Shown piece by piece: positions 51,314 to 64,000 of a DNA stretch of 64,000 nt. The number at the start of each line of letters is the position of its first letter. Position 1 is the stretch's first letter. The notes beneath the pieces were generated by a model. It had not been told where the DNA came from. It searched no databases and was given only the letters and a program-made list of their open reading frames with translations. This stretch comes from the human T2T-CHM13v2.0 reference genome, Homo sapiens. The stretch lies in the NCBI RefSeq assembly GCF_009914755.1, contig NC_060929.1; one strand, written 5' to 3'. Made by a program: the position numbers and the translations under genes.

Positions 51314-52089
51314 GACCTCCGTATCACCTGCAGACACAGGCTGCCCCTGCGCGCTTGCTGGTTGTGTACGTCTCCGGCATCTTCTACACGCCCAGGGTCT
51401 GCCGCGTGCAGCAAACGCAGGAAAGAAGGTAGGCTCTGCCTTGACCTGGTGTCCACCACCCCAGGGCCTGGCACCGCAGGGGGTATTGCATGCCTACCAT
51501 GTTGCTGGCCTCTAGCCCGTATGTCTTCCTGCTTGCAGCTCTGAGGGGCTTCCAGGAGGGAGGGTCCCGACCCTGGGAAGATGAGGCCTCCCCTTCCCCA
51601 GCAGGACCTCGTGCGTGGGACCAGGCTGTGGCTTCCAGAGGATCTGTCCTGGAGCGTCAGGCACATGGGGACACCATGGAGGGAACTGGAATCCAGAGGA
51701 CACTGCAGTCCCAAAGCGGACAGGGTGCCCACTGGGGCCCAGTTGGAGGGGGATGGGCCAGGTGGAGTGAAGGTCATGGTGGCCAGGGGTGAAGGGGGTA
51801 CAGAGGAGGACAGAGGGATGGCCTGTGTGGAGCAGCCCTGCCCACCTGCTGACGGTGCTGCAGTGTGGCCCCTCCTGCAGACGCTGCTGCCACAGTAAAG
51901 CCACCAGCAAGCGTGTTGTCCAGCTGCACCCTGCACAGGGCCTCCTCCCTGGAGACCTAAGTGATAAGTGCCTCCTAGTATTTTGCTTCTTCTGATCAAA
52001 GTTGAATTTCTCCTTTTAGCTGGGCTTCTAGAATTCTCAGGGGTGTCACTAGGATGTTACCTGCCTTCTGCCTTGCAAACACCTGTTTT

Positions 52090-52495
52090 TGCTCAAGGCG
52101 GCCTGTGCCCAGCCTGAGCCAATGTACCCTGGTTGGACCAGGCCATTCCCAGGCTTCTCAGCCTCCCTCTCAGCAGGCAGTGGACAGTTTGAGCTGGACT
52201 CTGACATCCAAGACAAGTTTGCTGCAGGGTCCCAAGGAGAGTTGAAGGGAACGGGTGAGCTGGGAAAGCCCTTCCTCCTCCCATCCTCTTACGGATGTGG
52301 TGTCTGGAGCTGCAGCAGCTGTCTGGTGAGCATGAGACAAAAAGCACGAAGATAAAAGTCAACACAGGAGAAGGGTGGATGGTAAATTTGTGAGAGCTGG
52401 TGTGTGGTGCCCATCCATGGACTTCACGCTACCTGAAGAAATAGTGGCTTAATAATTGGTTTCCTGTGACTTGTGGATGAATAAATTCCTAAGCA
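52090..52495 (+). mobile_element. Old MaLR LTR remnant (MLT1I/J-like)
   Basis: ggatgtggtgtctggagctgcagcagctgtctggtgagcatgag and ggtttcctgtgacttgtgg...aattcctaa. Confidence 0.45.
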
Positions 52496-53951
52496 GTACA
52501 GAAAAGATTTGTGCTCAATTACATTTACTTCGCCCTTTTACCTTTTCTCTTTATTATTTAGCTGCTTTATTTCTGCAACAGCTGCTTTTTCTTCCATTTT
52601 ATGATCACTCTGCTTTAGTTAATGCAGTTAATCAATCCTTTCAGCAACACACGTAAATAAACTTGATATTTATAAGTGTATATACATTTAGGTGTATATA
52701 CATCGATGCTACATTTGACATGCTATAAAGGTATGCTATAAATTTATAAATTTAGGATAGAGTTAAAATTTGAAATGCTAACATTGAGCATTTTTTCCAA
52801 GTTGTCGTGGAGATGATGGAGCTGGGGCTTCAGAGCCATCCAGGGCACAGAAGCAGGAAGTGGAAGAGGCTCTGGTCAGGTGGGTGGGTGAGGAGGGGCC
52901 AGGGAGCTGGGAGGACTCAAGGCGGAACCAGGAGTAAGGCCCTTGGCATTTTTAACCCAGTGTCGGGGATTTCTCTTCGGGGAGCAGGTGGGGAGGGCGT
53001 TGCCGCTCCTGAGGCGTTACAGGCAGCTTCCCCTTGCTCCTCAAATGCTGCCTGGAAATGCGGGCTCCTTTAACCTTGGGAGTCACAAGGTCCCCTGACC
53101 CAGTGCCCTGTCAATACTTAGGAGTGTCCAGGGCCCAACCTGAGCTCCGGGGACACCTCCTGTGTGCCCTTGGCCTCTTCCTTACACAGAATCTGCTACT
53201 CTTCAAACACCATTGGCAAAAAGCCTGACCCTGTGACTTGATTGTTTATTTGTTGTTTGTCTTTGATAACTTGTCTTGTGAGGGCTGTGTTTGTGTTTCT
53301 TCTTTGCAAACAGAGGGTGAGTCGGCGCTGGGGGTGAGTGAATTGGGTCTTGGTGGATTCAGTGTAAACGAGCCTGAGATTCAGTTCTCTTGCTTTAGCG
53401 TTGACTTGGGAGCAGAGTTGAAGTCGGAGCCCTGGCCTTCTGAAGAAAGGCTTTTGGAACTAAGCAGTGGATGGGGGAGTAGCCTTGGCACTGGGAACAT
53501 CAGTGCCCTGGATGGGCCTGCGGGGAGGCTGCTGGGGGCGGGGAGGCCCACTGCCCCTCTGTCTGTGGGCCCTCGGGGAGGCTGCCAGGGGAGGGGAAGC
53601 CCACTGTCCCTCTGTTTCTCTGCTGGTTTCCCTCCGTGCTGCAGCCCCTGCTGTTCTTCATGGATCTGTAAGGATGGAAAGACTTTTAAAGTGGTCCCTG
53701 CAAATGTGCAAATGTCACAGTTTACTGCAATTTAGGCCGCGCATGATTGGAATAGCATCTCTCTTCCTGGTAGACAAATGGCAGTCATCAAGGATGTTTC
53801 TGACTTCAGAGAGCATGGTCAGCATTTCCTGTTCCACGCCCCGCTTCCTCCCCTTCACTGTCCTCTGAGGGCGGAACATTGTGCTTTCTGACCAAGGACT
53901 GTCTCTGTTCAACTTGGAGCTCCTTAATTGTTGGTGTCATCAGGAAAGTCA

Positions 53952-54020
53952 TAAAAACAGTCCAAGCCAGCATTAAAAACAGTCCAAGCTAGCATTAAAA
54001 ACAGTCCAAGCCAGCATTAA
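53952..54020. repeat. 22-bp tandem repeat TAAAAACAGTCCAAGCYAGCAT, 3 copies
   Basis: Direct reading. Confidence 0.93.
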
Positions 54021-54697
54021 CAGAGTTCAATTTCACCAATGCATAAAAACAGAGAGTCGCTCTAGTCTGCGTGGGGAAATGCTCTCCCTAAAATAAGAGT
54101 GGAATTTCCCGCTACGACTTCATATCGTGTCTTAACCACAGGGCACTGTTCACGTTTGACACATAATCCTCAAGATTGGCCAGAGTGAAATGGTTTCCGG
54201 GATTAAGAGAGGAGTTAGGAAAATATCGAATGGAAAGGGATTTCTTCCACCCAGGATGGCTGCCCACCTTCACCTTTGCCCTGTTGTTTGAACAAGAGGG
54301 AAGTTATTTTATAGGAATGGATGGAAAAGGGGAAAAAATATTCTAAACTTTTTTCTGTCTCTGAGAATTGGGCAACTATTAAAAACTCCTGGTGTGGGCT
54401 GGTCCGGAGGTCATGGGTTCTCTCAGCCGGCTGCTATCCGTCAGCTACAGATCCAACTCCTTGTTCTATTCCCCGCTCTCCTCACTACTGTACTTGGCTG
54501 GTCTATAAAACAACCAACGCACCAAACAAAACTCTAGTTTCCACATCGTCTTTTTGCTTGAGTTTGGGACATTCAGGAAGGCTGACAGGTGGGTGTTGAA
54601 CCTCTCACTCACACGGGCTGGGTGGACTTTGTGGCAGGCCTCCATGTCCCCTCTCCCCTTTGCCCTGGCAGTTCCCTGGTGGGCCCACATCTGTCCC

Positions 54698-54893
54698 GGG
54701 TTAGGGTTAGGGCTTGGGTTAGGGTTAGGGGTTAGGGGTTAGGGTTGGGGTTAGGGCTTGGGTTAGGGTTAGGGGTTAGGGGTTTGGGGTTAGGGTTGGG
54801 GTTAAGGGTTAGGGGTTTGGGGTAGGGTTGGGGTTAAGGGTTAGGGGTTTGGGGTTAGGGTTGGGGTTAAGGGTCAGGGGTTAGGGTTAGGGG
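54698..54893 (+). repeat. Interstitial telomeric sequence, degenerate (TTAGGG)n
   Basis: TTAGGG mixed with TTAGGGG, TTGGGG, CTTGGG, TTAAGGG, TCAGGGG variants over ~196 bp. Confidence 0.95.
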
Positions 54894-57196
54894 AGCACAG
54901 GAACAGCTCCACTCCAGGACACCAGGAACAATCCCCCAACTCTTCACAACCCATGAATCACCGCCTCCTATTCCAGTACTGAATTTCTCCACCCACTTTG
55001 TTCCCTAAATCACCTTGATGAGCTCGTTAGAGCAGGAGGAACATCGGGTGATGGTTTGACAGAAGGCAAGAAAAAAGCCTCATCTCTACCCTTTACTTAG
55101 GGTGAAACCAGCAGGGAGTGTGATGAGAAAGGATGAGGGGGTATGGAGAGGGGGCAGTAGAAGCTGGCGGAGGGGGTACTCCAGCTTGCAGCAGAGCCCA
55201 CAACAGGCTGTCACTATGGGGGACATCTAGGGCAGGGCCAGCCCCTCTTATGGGTTGCTGAGGGTCCAGGAGGTGTGAGCCTCTAGCCCGGGGCAGAGGA
55301 AGGAAAGTCCAGAGGCCAGCAGGGGCCTTAGCCTGGCTTATGCAGGGAGGGACACCTCGGCTAGATGGGCACCCCAACGGAGCCTGAAGCTAAGGGCACT
55401 GCTGGTCATCTCTGGACGCCACTTGCCGTGGTCCCACCTGGGGCTTCAGGCTGAAGGGCTGGCCTTGGTGCACCCTGAAAAGATGGAGGTGGGGTTGGGC
55501 CACCAACAGGCAGTGAGAGCAGGCGGCCCTGGGACCTGGGGGCTTCCAGGGGCAGCCCTAGCGAGCTGACCCACACTCCTCTGTGGTTTGCAGCTTGCGT
55601 TTCCGTGCTGGAAGGTGCTGGAAGGTGCTGGAAGGAAGGATGCCATCCTGAGATGCAAGACAGGCCCCGCAGGGCCACTGGGGAGAAATGGGCACGGGGT
55701 TCGCCTCGCCCACCCTGGGTCACAGGATGGGTTCCAGCCCCATTTCAGCAACCCGGGTGCTTGTTTTGAATCAGCCTCCTGGACTTTCGCCATGAAATCA
55801 GCGGGCAGCTTCTGTCTCCAGCAGCCAGCAGAGGCCTGGACAAAATCCCACAGGAGGGAGGTCCACTTACAACGGTCCCTTCCTTCGAAGCAGCCTCAGG
55901 GTCAGGGATAGGGCGTGGCTTTGGTGATACAACCGCGATGTGAACGCCTGAGATTTTAGTACTTACAGACGGGGGGCACACAGCACACCTGGAGGCCGCA
56001 CACTCAGGGGTCAGAGAGCACGGGCAGGGAGAAAGCAGGCTCCCGGCAGCCCACTGCGTAGACGGGGGACTCGGGTGGGGGCACCTTAAGCTCACAGGCA
56101 AAGGCCTGAATCACCCATTTTAAGGAAAACGAGGAGCCCAGTGTGCGAGGCGAGAGAGACGTCTGTGTTTTTACCTCTGGCCGCCACCTTGAGCCATTTG
56201 GATGTGGTGTCAAACTGCACACGTGCGAGGGTGACTGAACCCTGGCTCTGGCACGAGAAAGCTAAACCCATTCATGGTAGATGCGGAGGTGACATAAACC
56301 TGTAGGCATCCACTATAGTTCCTCCAAATAGTCCTGAGCCAGCCCCAGGGTTCCAGCCACAGAGGCAGCGTGGCAGCAGCTCTCAGCAGCCCGTGTGGGT
56401 GTAAAGCTGCAGCATGACCGAAACTCACAAGCATTCCCATGCTCTGAGGGGGTCTGGCCCCCATGGGACCCAAGAAGAGGGGGCAGCAGCGCACAGAGGA
56501 GCTACAGCAGCCACCTCGACCCGACCATGCGCCCCGGATCATCAGCATCTGGAGCAAGAAGAGCCGCGCTTCTCCCTGGAGACGTTCACCAAAGAGACGC
56601 CTCTCCAGAGAGAAAGTTGGTGCCATGGGCCGCCGGGAGCTCGGTTTATTGTATAGACGGTGGAACTGAAGAGCAGAGATTTGAGGCTTATCCATAGCGA
56701 GGGGCTTGTTTAGACCTAGTTGCTGAAATTAAGGTAGGTATTTGGTCTGTACATTAATTCCTATGTGCTGTAATTAATCATCTGCTTTAATGAATGATGA
56801 CTTATGATGTGATTTCCTAAAATGAGATGTTTTCCTTTCAGCATAAACCCTGGGAAGGCTGGCCTCCCAGGTCTTGAGGTTGGGGGCAGGTGGGCAGGGT
56901 GAGGAGCAACCTTGGGCTTAGTGTTGAGTACTGGAGTCTGGCACCAGACACTTGGGCACAAAACCAAGCGGGTAGTCAGTGATGTGGCCTGGAGCAGGCG
57001 ACTCACCCATCTGTGACTAGACTTCCCGCTTGCGTCACGGGACCATGCACCAACTGTGTCATGCGGTCTTGGAAAGATTAAATATACCGATCTTCGTAAG
57101 TGTGTGCAACTTACAGGGGTGCACAGACCATGCGCTACGTAAGTCTTCACCAGGAAGACATCATACCCCACGCAAAGGTCAGAGTGACTCAAGTTA

Positions 57197-57638
57197 TGCC
57201 ATTAAACATCCAGCAGGACCAAAGAACAGTGGGTCTTAACATCAGAGAATTCCCTATTAAAATGCAGCTTCCAGCCCCTCACCAGGGAAGGCAAACTCCC
57301 AGGCTGCTGTCAATTATGACTCCACTTTGTGACAAGATGACTTGCTTGGGTGCCTGAGGAAACGCTAGATTCCCAGTGGCCTTGTGGTGGTTGGGCATGA
57401 GGTGTCCAGAAAAGGAATTCAACAGCAGAGGAACAGAAAGAGGGGCCCTACACTGCGCCTGCCATCCTCATGGGCTTCGTTTCCAGCCAGGTTAGCAAGT
57501 CCCGCCCTTGCTCCCTCCCCGCACCCCAGAAAAGGAAGCACCGGCTCCGCTGCAGTGGACACAGCCCTGCCCACAGGCTGCCCCTCTCTGTGTGTGACTT
57601 GGCCACTGTCTTCCAGCTCCCGGGCCCTCTGAGCCCCA
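57197..57638 (+). repeat. Left arm (probable donor) of a 442-bp inverted repeat
   Basis: Reverse-complement match to 58377-58818; paralogous ORF translations (MVVGHEVS...) on opposite strands. Confidence 0.95.
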
Positions 57639-57869
57639 GCCTTCCTGGCTTGAGGCAGATGCGCACCTGGCAAGGCTGAGGCGCCACTGGGAGGATGCCG
57701 GCCTGGTGCCAGTCCCAGAGCCTGGGGTCTGCAGGATACCCCTGGACACCCAGGTCCTTCTCTTCTCGCTGGCCACGTGAATCTGAACGGCGTTTGTAGG
57801 CCTAAGGACTCATGCGCTTTGTTTGAACTTCAGATTCTTTTTTTCATCTTTACTGAACCATCCTATGCA

Positions 57870-60060
57870 TCCAGTAATGGCACGTATTTATATTTAAGTC
57901 ACAATCTCATGAGTTTTGTTTGATGTGGTGAAATCATCACTACATCAGTAGTGAACTTACCTGTCACCTCCAAGTTCCTTTCGTAATCCCTCCCTCCTCC
58001 CCACCCCACCCCTCCGGCTCACAGGCAATCACTGCCCGCTTTCTGTCAGAATAGATTAGTTTGCAATTTCTAGCATTTTATAAAAATAGAAATCTACGGA
58101 ACATGCTCTTTGCTTCTGGCTTTTTTGTTTTAACTCAGACTAATTCTTTTGACGTTTCCCCCATGTTGTCCCATGTTTCAATAGCTGGTAACTTTTGATT
58201 GCTGAGTAATATTTGATAGTATGAATATTCCGTAACTTATTCTCTGTTCACTTGTTGGTGGACATTTGGGTTATTTCTTTTACTTAGCTATTATGAATAT
58301 TCATGTTCAAGTTTTAGTGTATTTATGTTTTCATTTTGGGCATGCATTTATCTAAATATAATGGCTGCATTATCTATGGGTCTCAGAGGGTCCAGAAGCT
58401 GGAAGACAGTGGCCAAGTCACACAGAGAGAGGGGCAGCCTGTGGGCAGGGCTGTGTCCACTGCAGCGGAGCCGGTGCTTTCTGGGGTATGGGGAGGGAGC
58501 AAGGGCAGGACCTGCTAACCTGGCTGAAAATGAAGCCCATGAGGATGGCAGGGGCAGCGTAGAGCCCCTCTTTCCATTCCTGTACAGGTGAATTCTTTTT
58601 CCAGACACCTCGTGCCCAACCACCACAAGGCCACTGGGGAATCCAGTGTTTCCTCAGGCACCCAAGCAAGTCATCTTTGTTACAAAACAATGTCATAAGT
58701 GACAGCAGCCTAGGAGTTTGCTTTCCTTGGGGGAAGCTGGAAGCTATATTTTAATAGAGAGAGAATTCTCTGATGTTTAGACCCACTGTTCTTTGGTCAT
58801 GCTGGATCTTTAATGGCAGGTGTAGGTATAACTCTTTAAAAAAGCTTCCATATTGTCTTCTACAGTGGTTGTGCCATTTCCCTTTCCTACTGGATGATTG
58901 AGAGTTTCAGTCGCTCTGCATCTTTGACACATCTTGGTGAGGTCGGTCTTTAAATTTAGTCATTCTCATGGCAATGGGATGGTGTCTTGCTGTGGTGTCA
59001 TCTCCAGTTCCCCTAGTGATTCATGTCGCGTTTCTGTCCATGTGCTTATGTGATGGCCATATATCTGCTTTAATGAAGTATCTGTTTTGATATTTTACCC
59101 ACTTTCTGAATGTATCTTCTTACTCTTGACCTATAAGAGTTGACTGTATATACTAGATATAGATCCTTTGTCAAATACATGTTTTGCAAATATTTTTCTC
59201 CCAATATGTGGCTTGAATTTTGATTTTTATAAGTTTTAAAGAGCAATTGTTTTTAATCTTGGCAAGTTCAATTTATTGATTTTTCTTGTATCCTTTTTTG
59301 TGAAAGCATTGAAGAAATATTTGTGAAACATAAATACTAAGATTTTTTTTCAGTGTTATCTTAAAGTTTTAAAGCTTTAGCTTTTCAACATCAAGGTCAT
59401 TTTGTATGTGGTGTGAGGTGGGAATCAAGGTGGTTGACCATGTGTTCCATCATGATTTGGTAAAAATCTTATCCTTTTAAAAAATATCATTTGACCTCAC
59501 ACATGCAAGCCTGTTTCAGATTGTCTGTTTTTAAAAAATTTATATACTTGGATTTTTTTTGTGCAATTATAACTCTGTCTAAATTACTGTAACTTTATCA
59601 TAAGTCCTGAAACCACACTGTAGGTGTTCCAACTTTTTAAATTTGTTTTGCCCATTTAAAATCCTTTTCATTTCCATTTAATTTGAGAATCAGATTTTTA
59701 AATCTTACAAAAAAATCAAGTTTGGGATTGAGATCAATGTGGAAAAAACTGATATTTTAACAAAATGGAATCTCCTGATCTATGAACATGGGTGTATCTC
59801 TCCAGCTATTTCAGTCTTCCTCAATATCTCTATTTCCAGACAATTTTTTCTGTTATTGGTTTCTAATTTAATTATATTATGGTCAGAGAACATATTCTAT
59901 ATAATTTGAATTCTATCAAATTTATTAAAGAATTCTGCTATGGTCTAGAATAGAGTGTATCTTGGTATTTTGTGTTCCCTCAAAATACATGATTATTTCC
60001 TTGCTTGAAAATAACGTGTTATCTCTGATCTCCGGTGCTCTACATGCATAATTTAGGTCA
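57870..60060 (-). mobile_element. Ancient L1 (L1MC/MD/ME-type) interrupted at 58377-58818
   Basis: caggcaatcactg...ctttctgtc...atagattagtttgc, gttcacttgttggtggacatttgggtt, cagtggttgtgccattt, ttatggtcagagaacatattc are L1M antisense hallmarks. Confidence 0.8.
58377..58818 (-). repeat. Right arm of the inverted repeat: inverted copy inserted into L1
   Basis: GC-rich block in T-rich L1; L1 reads through when the block is removed. Confidence 0.93.
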
Positions 60061-61185
60061 ATTAAGTTCGTAGGGCAATTGCAGCGATCCCTAACCTCTG
60101 TCTGTTCCTGATCCCTTTTCTCTGTTTTAATGCCGCGGAGTTTATGTAGATGGAAGCAGATGCTGTAGTGTCCTGCACACTTTTTCTAACCTTTAAATCT
60201 TAGAATTCTCTGCAGTAAAATAGGAATGATAATCACCTCTACCTCATAGGGATTTCAGGAGAAAATCCTTCCTGCAGGGGTCCAAACCACACGGGATGTG
60301 GGGCTTCCGGTGTGGGGGTCTCCAGGGAAGGGGAGAGAGGTGAAGAACAGACCCACCCAGGGCTGCCCAGGCGGCGCTTTTGCTGGACTGTGGAGCCTCT
60401 CAGACCTCGCCTCCAACATTTGGAACTTTCCTACCACACAACTGTGGATAAAACACGGAGTCATTTCTCGTGTCTGAGCAACTGTGGCCCAAAATCCCGG
60501 CTGTCCATCTGCACCTCTGCCATGGCAGCATGAGACCCCCTCCTGGTGATTTACTCTGGGAAACGTACTTTGGCAGCTACTTCCTAACACTCCCTGTTTT
60601 AGAATTTTGCCACTGTTTCCCTGGTGGTTACAATTAAATGAGTCAGGGCTTCATTTCAAATATATTTGCTTTTCCAAAACCCGGAGGTGCCCAACTCACT
60701 CTATGCAAAAGAAAATGGATAATGAAGCACTTTAATTAATGTGAATATTATGAAATTTTAACTGGGGTTGATGGGCTCCAGTTAAGAATCAATCACTGTC
60801 TCTTAATTCTCTGATGAACCTGAGAGCCTGTGAAATAAAGCCTCAGCACAGGCACTCACATAGGAAAAGCCAATCGGAGGGGGTATTTGATTTATGAGAT
60901 GCCAGATAGGATCGGTCTGATACAGCATCCCGGGGCTCTATGAGCCTGTGATTTTTTGTGTAATGAAGGTTATTCCTGAACTCATAACATTTCATATTCT
61001 GGTCTATACTCAATCATCACGCTACACTATGAGGCTTGGATTGATAAACATATTAATTATACAAAGAATCCTTCCGCGGATGGGTGATGACAGGTTATGG
61101 GCAAACCGCCTTCGGGGGAAGAATCCCCACGAGCCCCTTCAGGAAGGAACAGGTTACTCGGCAGCTTCCTGAAGATTAGAGACTG

Positions 61186-61487
<302 letters not shown>

Positions 61488-63879
61488 GATCAGAGACTGG
61501 GGGTGGTTCCATCTGGGACCTCAATAGTCCATAGTTCTGGATAAAATCGGATTTACATCAACACTGAAATCTCTGTGCATCCTGGCCTTGGCTCAGGAAG
61601 GATTCCAGCCCTTCCCAAGTGTCCTCCGTGTGCTTGGAGGTGCTAAAGAGCCACTTCCTGCTGCAGCCACCAGCTCTTTCCAGCGCTGCTGCCATGTGAG
61701 GCCCGGGTTACCCTGAGCAGTTTGGGGACAGCCTTCCACCTGGCCTCTGCCCTGCTGAGCTGGGCCTGGCCTGTCCAGCACCTGTCCTCTGAGCCACCTT
61801 GATTCTGCAAAATCCAAGCACCACCTCTTAGTGTGGTACCTGGGCTGGGGGCCCTTGCTCAGGATTCCTGGTCCCAAGCACTCTCAGAGCTGTGGGCATT
61901 GGCCCTTTCTGCTGCAGGTTTGCACTGACAGGATGGGAGGTGGGGCAGGTGCCCATCCCGGCTGCTCCTTGGCACAGGCCCTGCCGCCTGCCTGTATGTT
62001 CAGACCATTCCAGGACTTGCCTTCTCTTACCCCCGCTGCCTGCGCTGTCCAAGCTGTTGAAAAGTTCAAGTGTTTTCTAAGAACTGCAAACATTTCTAAT
62101 CCTATTACACATTATTCAGCTCATAGTTTAGACCATCAAACCCTTTTCCACATGAATTGCTGCTGCTCTAGGTCACTGCCATCCTGGGACCCTGAGGGTG
62201 GCTCTTTAAATCTCAGCCACACTCACATTTATCCCTGCTAGACTTCACTTGGGTGGCTTTCAGCATCATTTCTGTGTCCTCTACGTCTGGTTCCATCGGC
62301 GGCGGGCATTTGGCCAGGATACAGCAGGGGTGCTCTGCAGGAGACTGATTAGACAGAAGTACCGCCTGCGGCAAGGATGCTCCCCTCAGCAGCAGAGCCA
62401 GGTGCAGCTCCACCTGACCCCACGCTGTCTTACCTGCAAGAAGCCACATTCTTCAAAGAGTGTGGTGGACCCCTGGCCAAGGCATTTCCCTATCTGCAAA
62501 CTTGCAAACTTATTGGAGCAGGAAACGAGAGGAGGAGGCCCTGGCCTGATGGCTTGAAGGGTGCCCATGGCTGTGGTTGCCTGTTCCCCACCTCAGATCC
62601 AGAGTCACACCAAAGACATGTTGAATGAGGCTTGGAATCTTGAAAGCGTCCTCTGTGGCCATTTGTAGACAAACTCAGATACTGACAGATACGAACATTT
62701 CTAAAAATTTCTCCTAAAGGAAAAGGGAGAAATTATTCTGGAATGTCATGCACGATAGTATCTCACCTGTGCCTGGTGTTCTATGGTTCACGTGGCAGTT
62801 TCACAAACACCAACTCCCTTCTTTCCTAACATTTAGAGGTACGTGGTTCAGGTGACAAATTTTAGAATGAGACATCACAGTGTAGTAAGTGCAGTTAAAG
62901 TGTTCAGTGGGTGCTGGCCAGGACTCCTGGTGCAGGCCCCTCCTGGCAGTGCTGAGGAGGAACCTCCAGCCACAAGCCAGTGCCACATCCCACTCCTGGG
63001 GGTACCACTTGATCTGGGGTAGCACAGCCGGACCGAGGTATGTGCCAACCTTGAAGAGTCAATGATGACCTGAAACTGCAGCTTCTTTCTTAGGTCCTTG
63101 GACACCGTATCAGCAGCTCCCTGAGATCCAGGATGACTTTTGGCACTGCCAGGCTGCGGATGGAAGAGAGCACCGTTTGAGGTTGCAGCCCATTCCCTCA
63201 TCTTCTAGATTCCAATGTCACTCTCGCCCCACCTCTTGCAGCTGTTTCTGTGTTCCCTTCTCACTGTGGGAAAAGGCCAGGCTCTCCCACGGCTGCAGAC
63301 AGGCCCTGTCAATTAAGGATCACTTTCAATTTCCCTGTTTATAATCCTGCGGACACTAAACATCAATAATTCCTGCCCTCTTTCCTTGTCACTAGAAGAT
63401 TGATGGTGCACGTCGTCTCTCATATGAAGACATTTAAATGAAAATCACACTTCTGTCTGCATTCCATTTTCCTGCTGAGCGGGGGAAGCAACCCTATTAA
63501 ATCAAATTATATGTGACTTTTAAAACTTCCCTTTACAGTGTTCAATTGAAAATCTGAATCCTATCATAATACATTGCCTTTTTATGAGTAAATTGACTTT
63601 ACTTGGTCCCTTGGGGGTTTCCAGCCTCCCTTTCCATATTAGGAGGCAGAAGGACCTGCTGCCAGGCCACAAGGCACAGCACACATGACAGGGGCCTGGC
63701 AGAAGGGGACCCTCGTGCTCTGGGCACTGCCGTGGCTGGATTTGAGAGTCAACATCTGGCCCCAGCTCACCATGGCCGCGCTTCTCAACTCCAGCCTAGA
63801 GGAGGCTCCCAGGGCACCTACTGAACCTGTGGAGTAAGGGACTGTCTGATGCTGTTTACCTCCTCTGTGACGGGCCCTC

Positions 63880-64000
63880 CCTGTGTGACTCACAACATTG
63901 AACTCTTGCAGCAATGTCAGGAGTGGGACATGTCCTCATTGTACAGATGAAGAATCAATCAGGAGTGGGCAGTTTGCAGAAGCTTTGTACCCAGAACTAT
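63880..64000 (-). mobile_element. MIR SINE remnant running to the window edge
   Basis: gtcctcattgtacagatgaagaatc resembles the MIR core. Confidence 0.55.

Noticed and set aside
51232-51999. 255-aa ORF, and likewise the 238-aa ORF at 20484-21200 and the 215-aa ORF at 34852-35499
   Set aside because: No recognisable domain, composition typical of GC-rich non-coding DNA, and overlap with LTR or repeat remnants
54640-54940. Possible telomerase RNA (TERC) fragment flanking the interstitial telomeric array
   Set aside because: No convincing match to the TERC 3' sequence on either flank by eye; a BLASTN against TERC would settle it

Overview
Primate (human or great ape) non-coding genomic DNA, moderately GC-rich and rich in minisatellites, as is typical of distal or subtelomeric chromosome arms. 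I can support no protein-coding gene, RNA gene or CRISPR array; the long ORFs come from simple repeats, transposon remnants or chance. The window holds six Alus, several MaLR/ERVL LTRs (MLT1A/B/C, MLT2, THE1), a MER41B solo LTR with a 4-bp TSD, L1, L2, MIR and MER5 remnants, and a degenerate interstitial telomeric array. It also has an orphan CpG-rich island and many AT-rich, homeodomain/FOX-motif-dense unique blocks that resemble enhancers of a developmental gene desert. Most notable: (1) a ~4-kb, ~98-copy 40/41-bp VNTR that arose inside an MLT1A LTR and has nested higher-order duplications (offsets 733 and 1910 bp); (2) a 442-bp inverted copy of nearby unique sequence inserted cleanly into an old L1 with short junctional homology, giving a 442-bp-arm inverted repeat; (3) two further minisatellites seeded inside a MIR and an L2. 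Repeat family calls are by-eye comparisons to remembered consensus sequences, so subfamilies and edges need RepeatMasker/Dfam confirmation. I found no evidence of a new multi-gene system; the novelty candidates are structural or regulatory.
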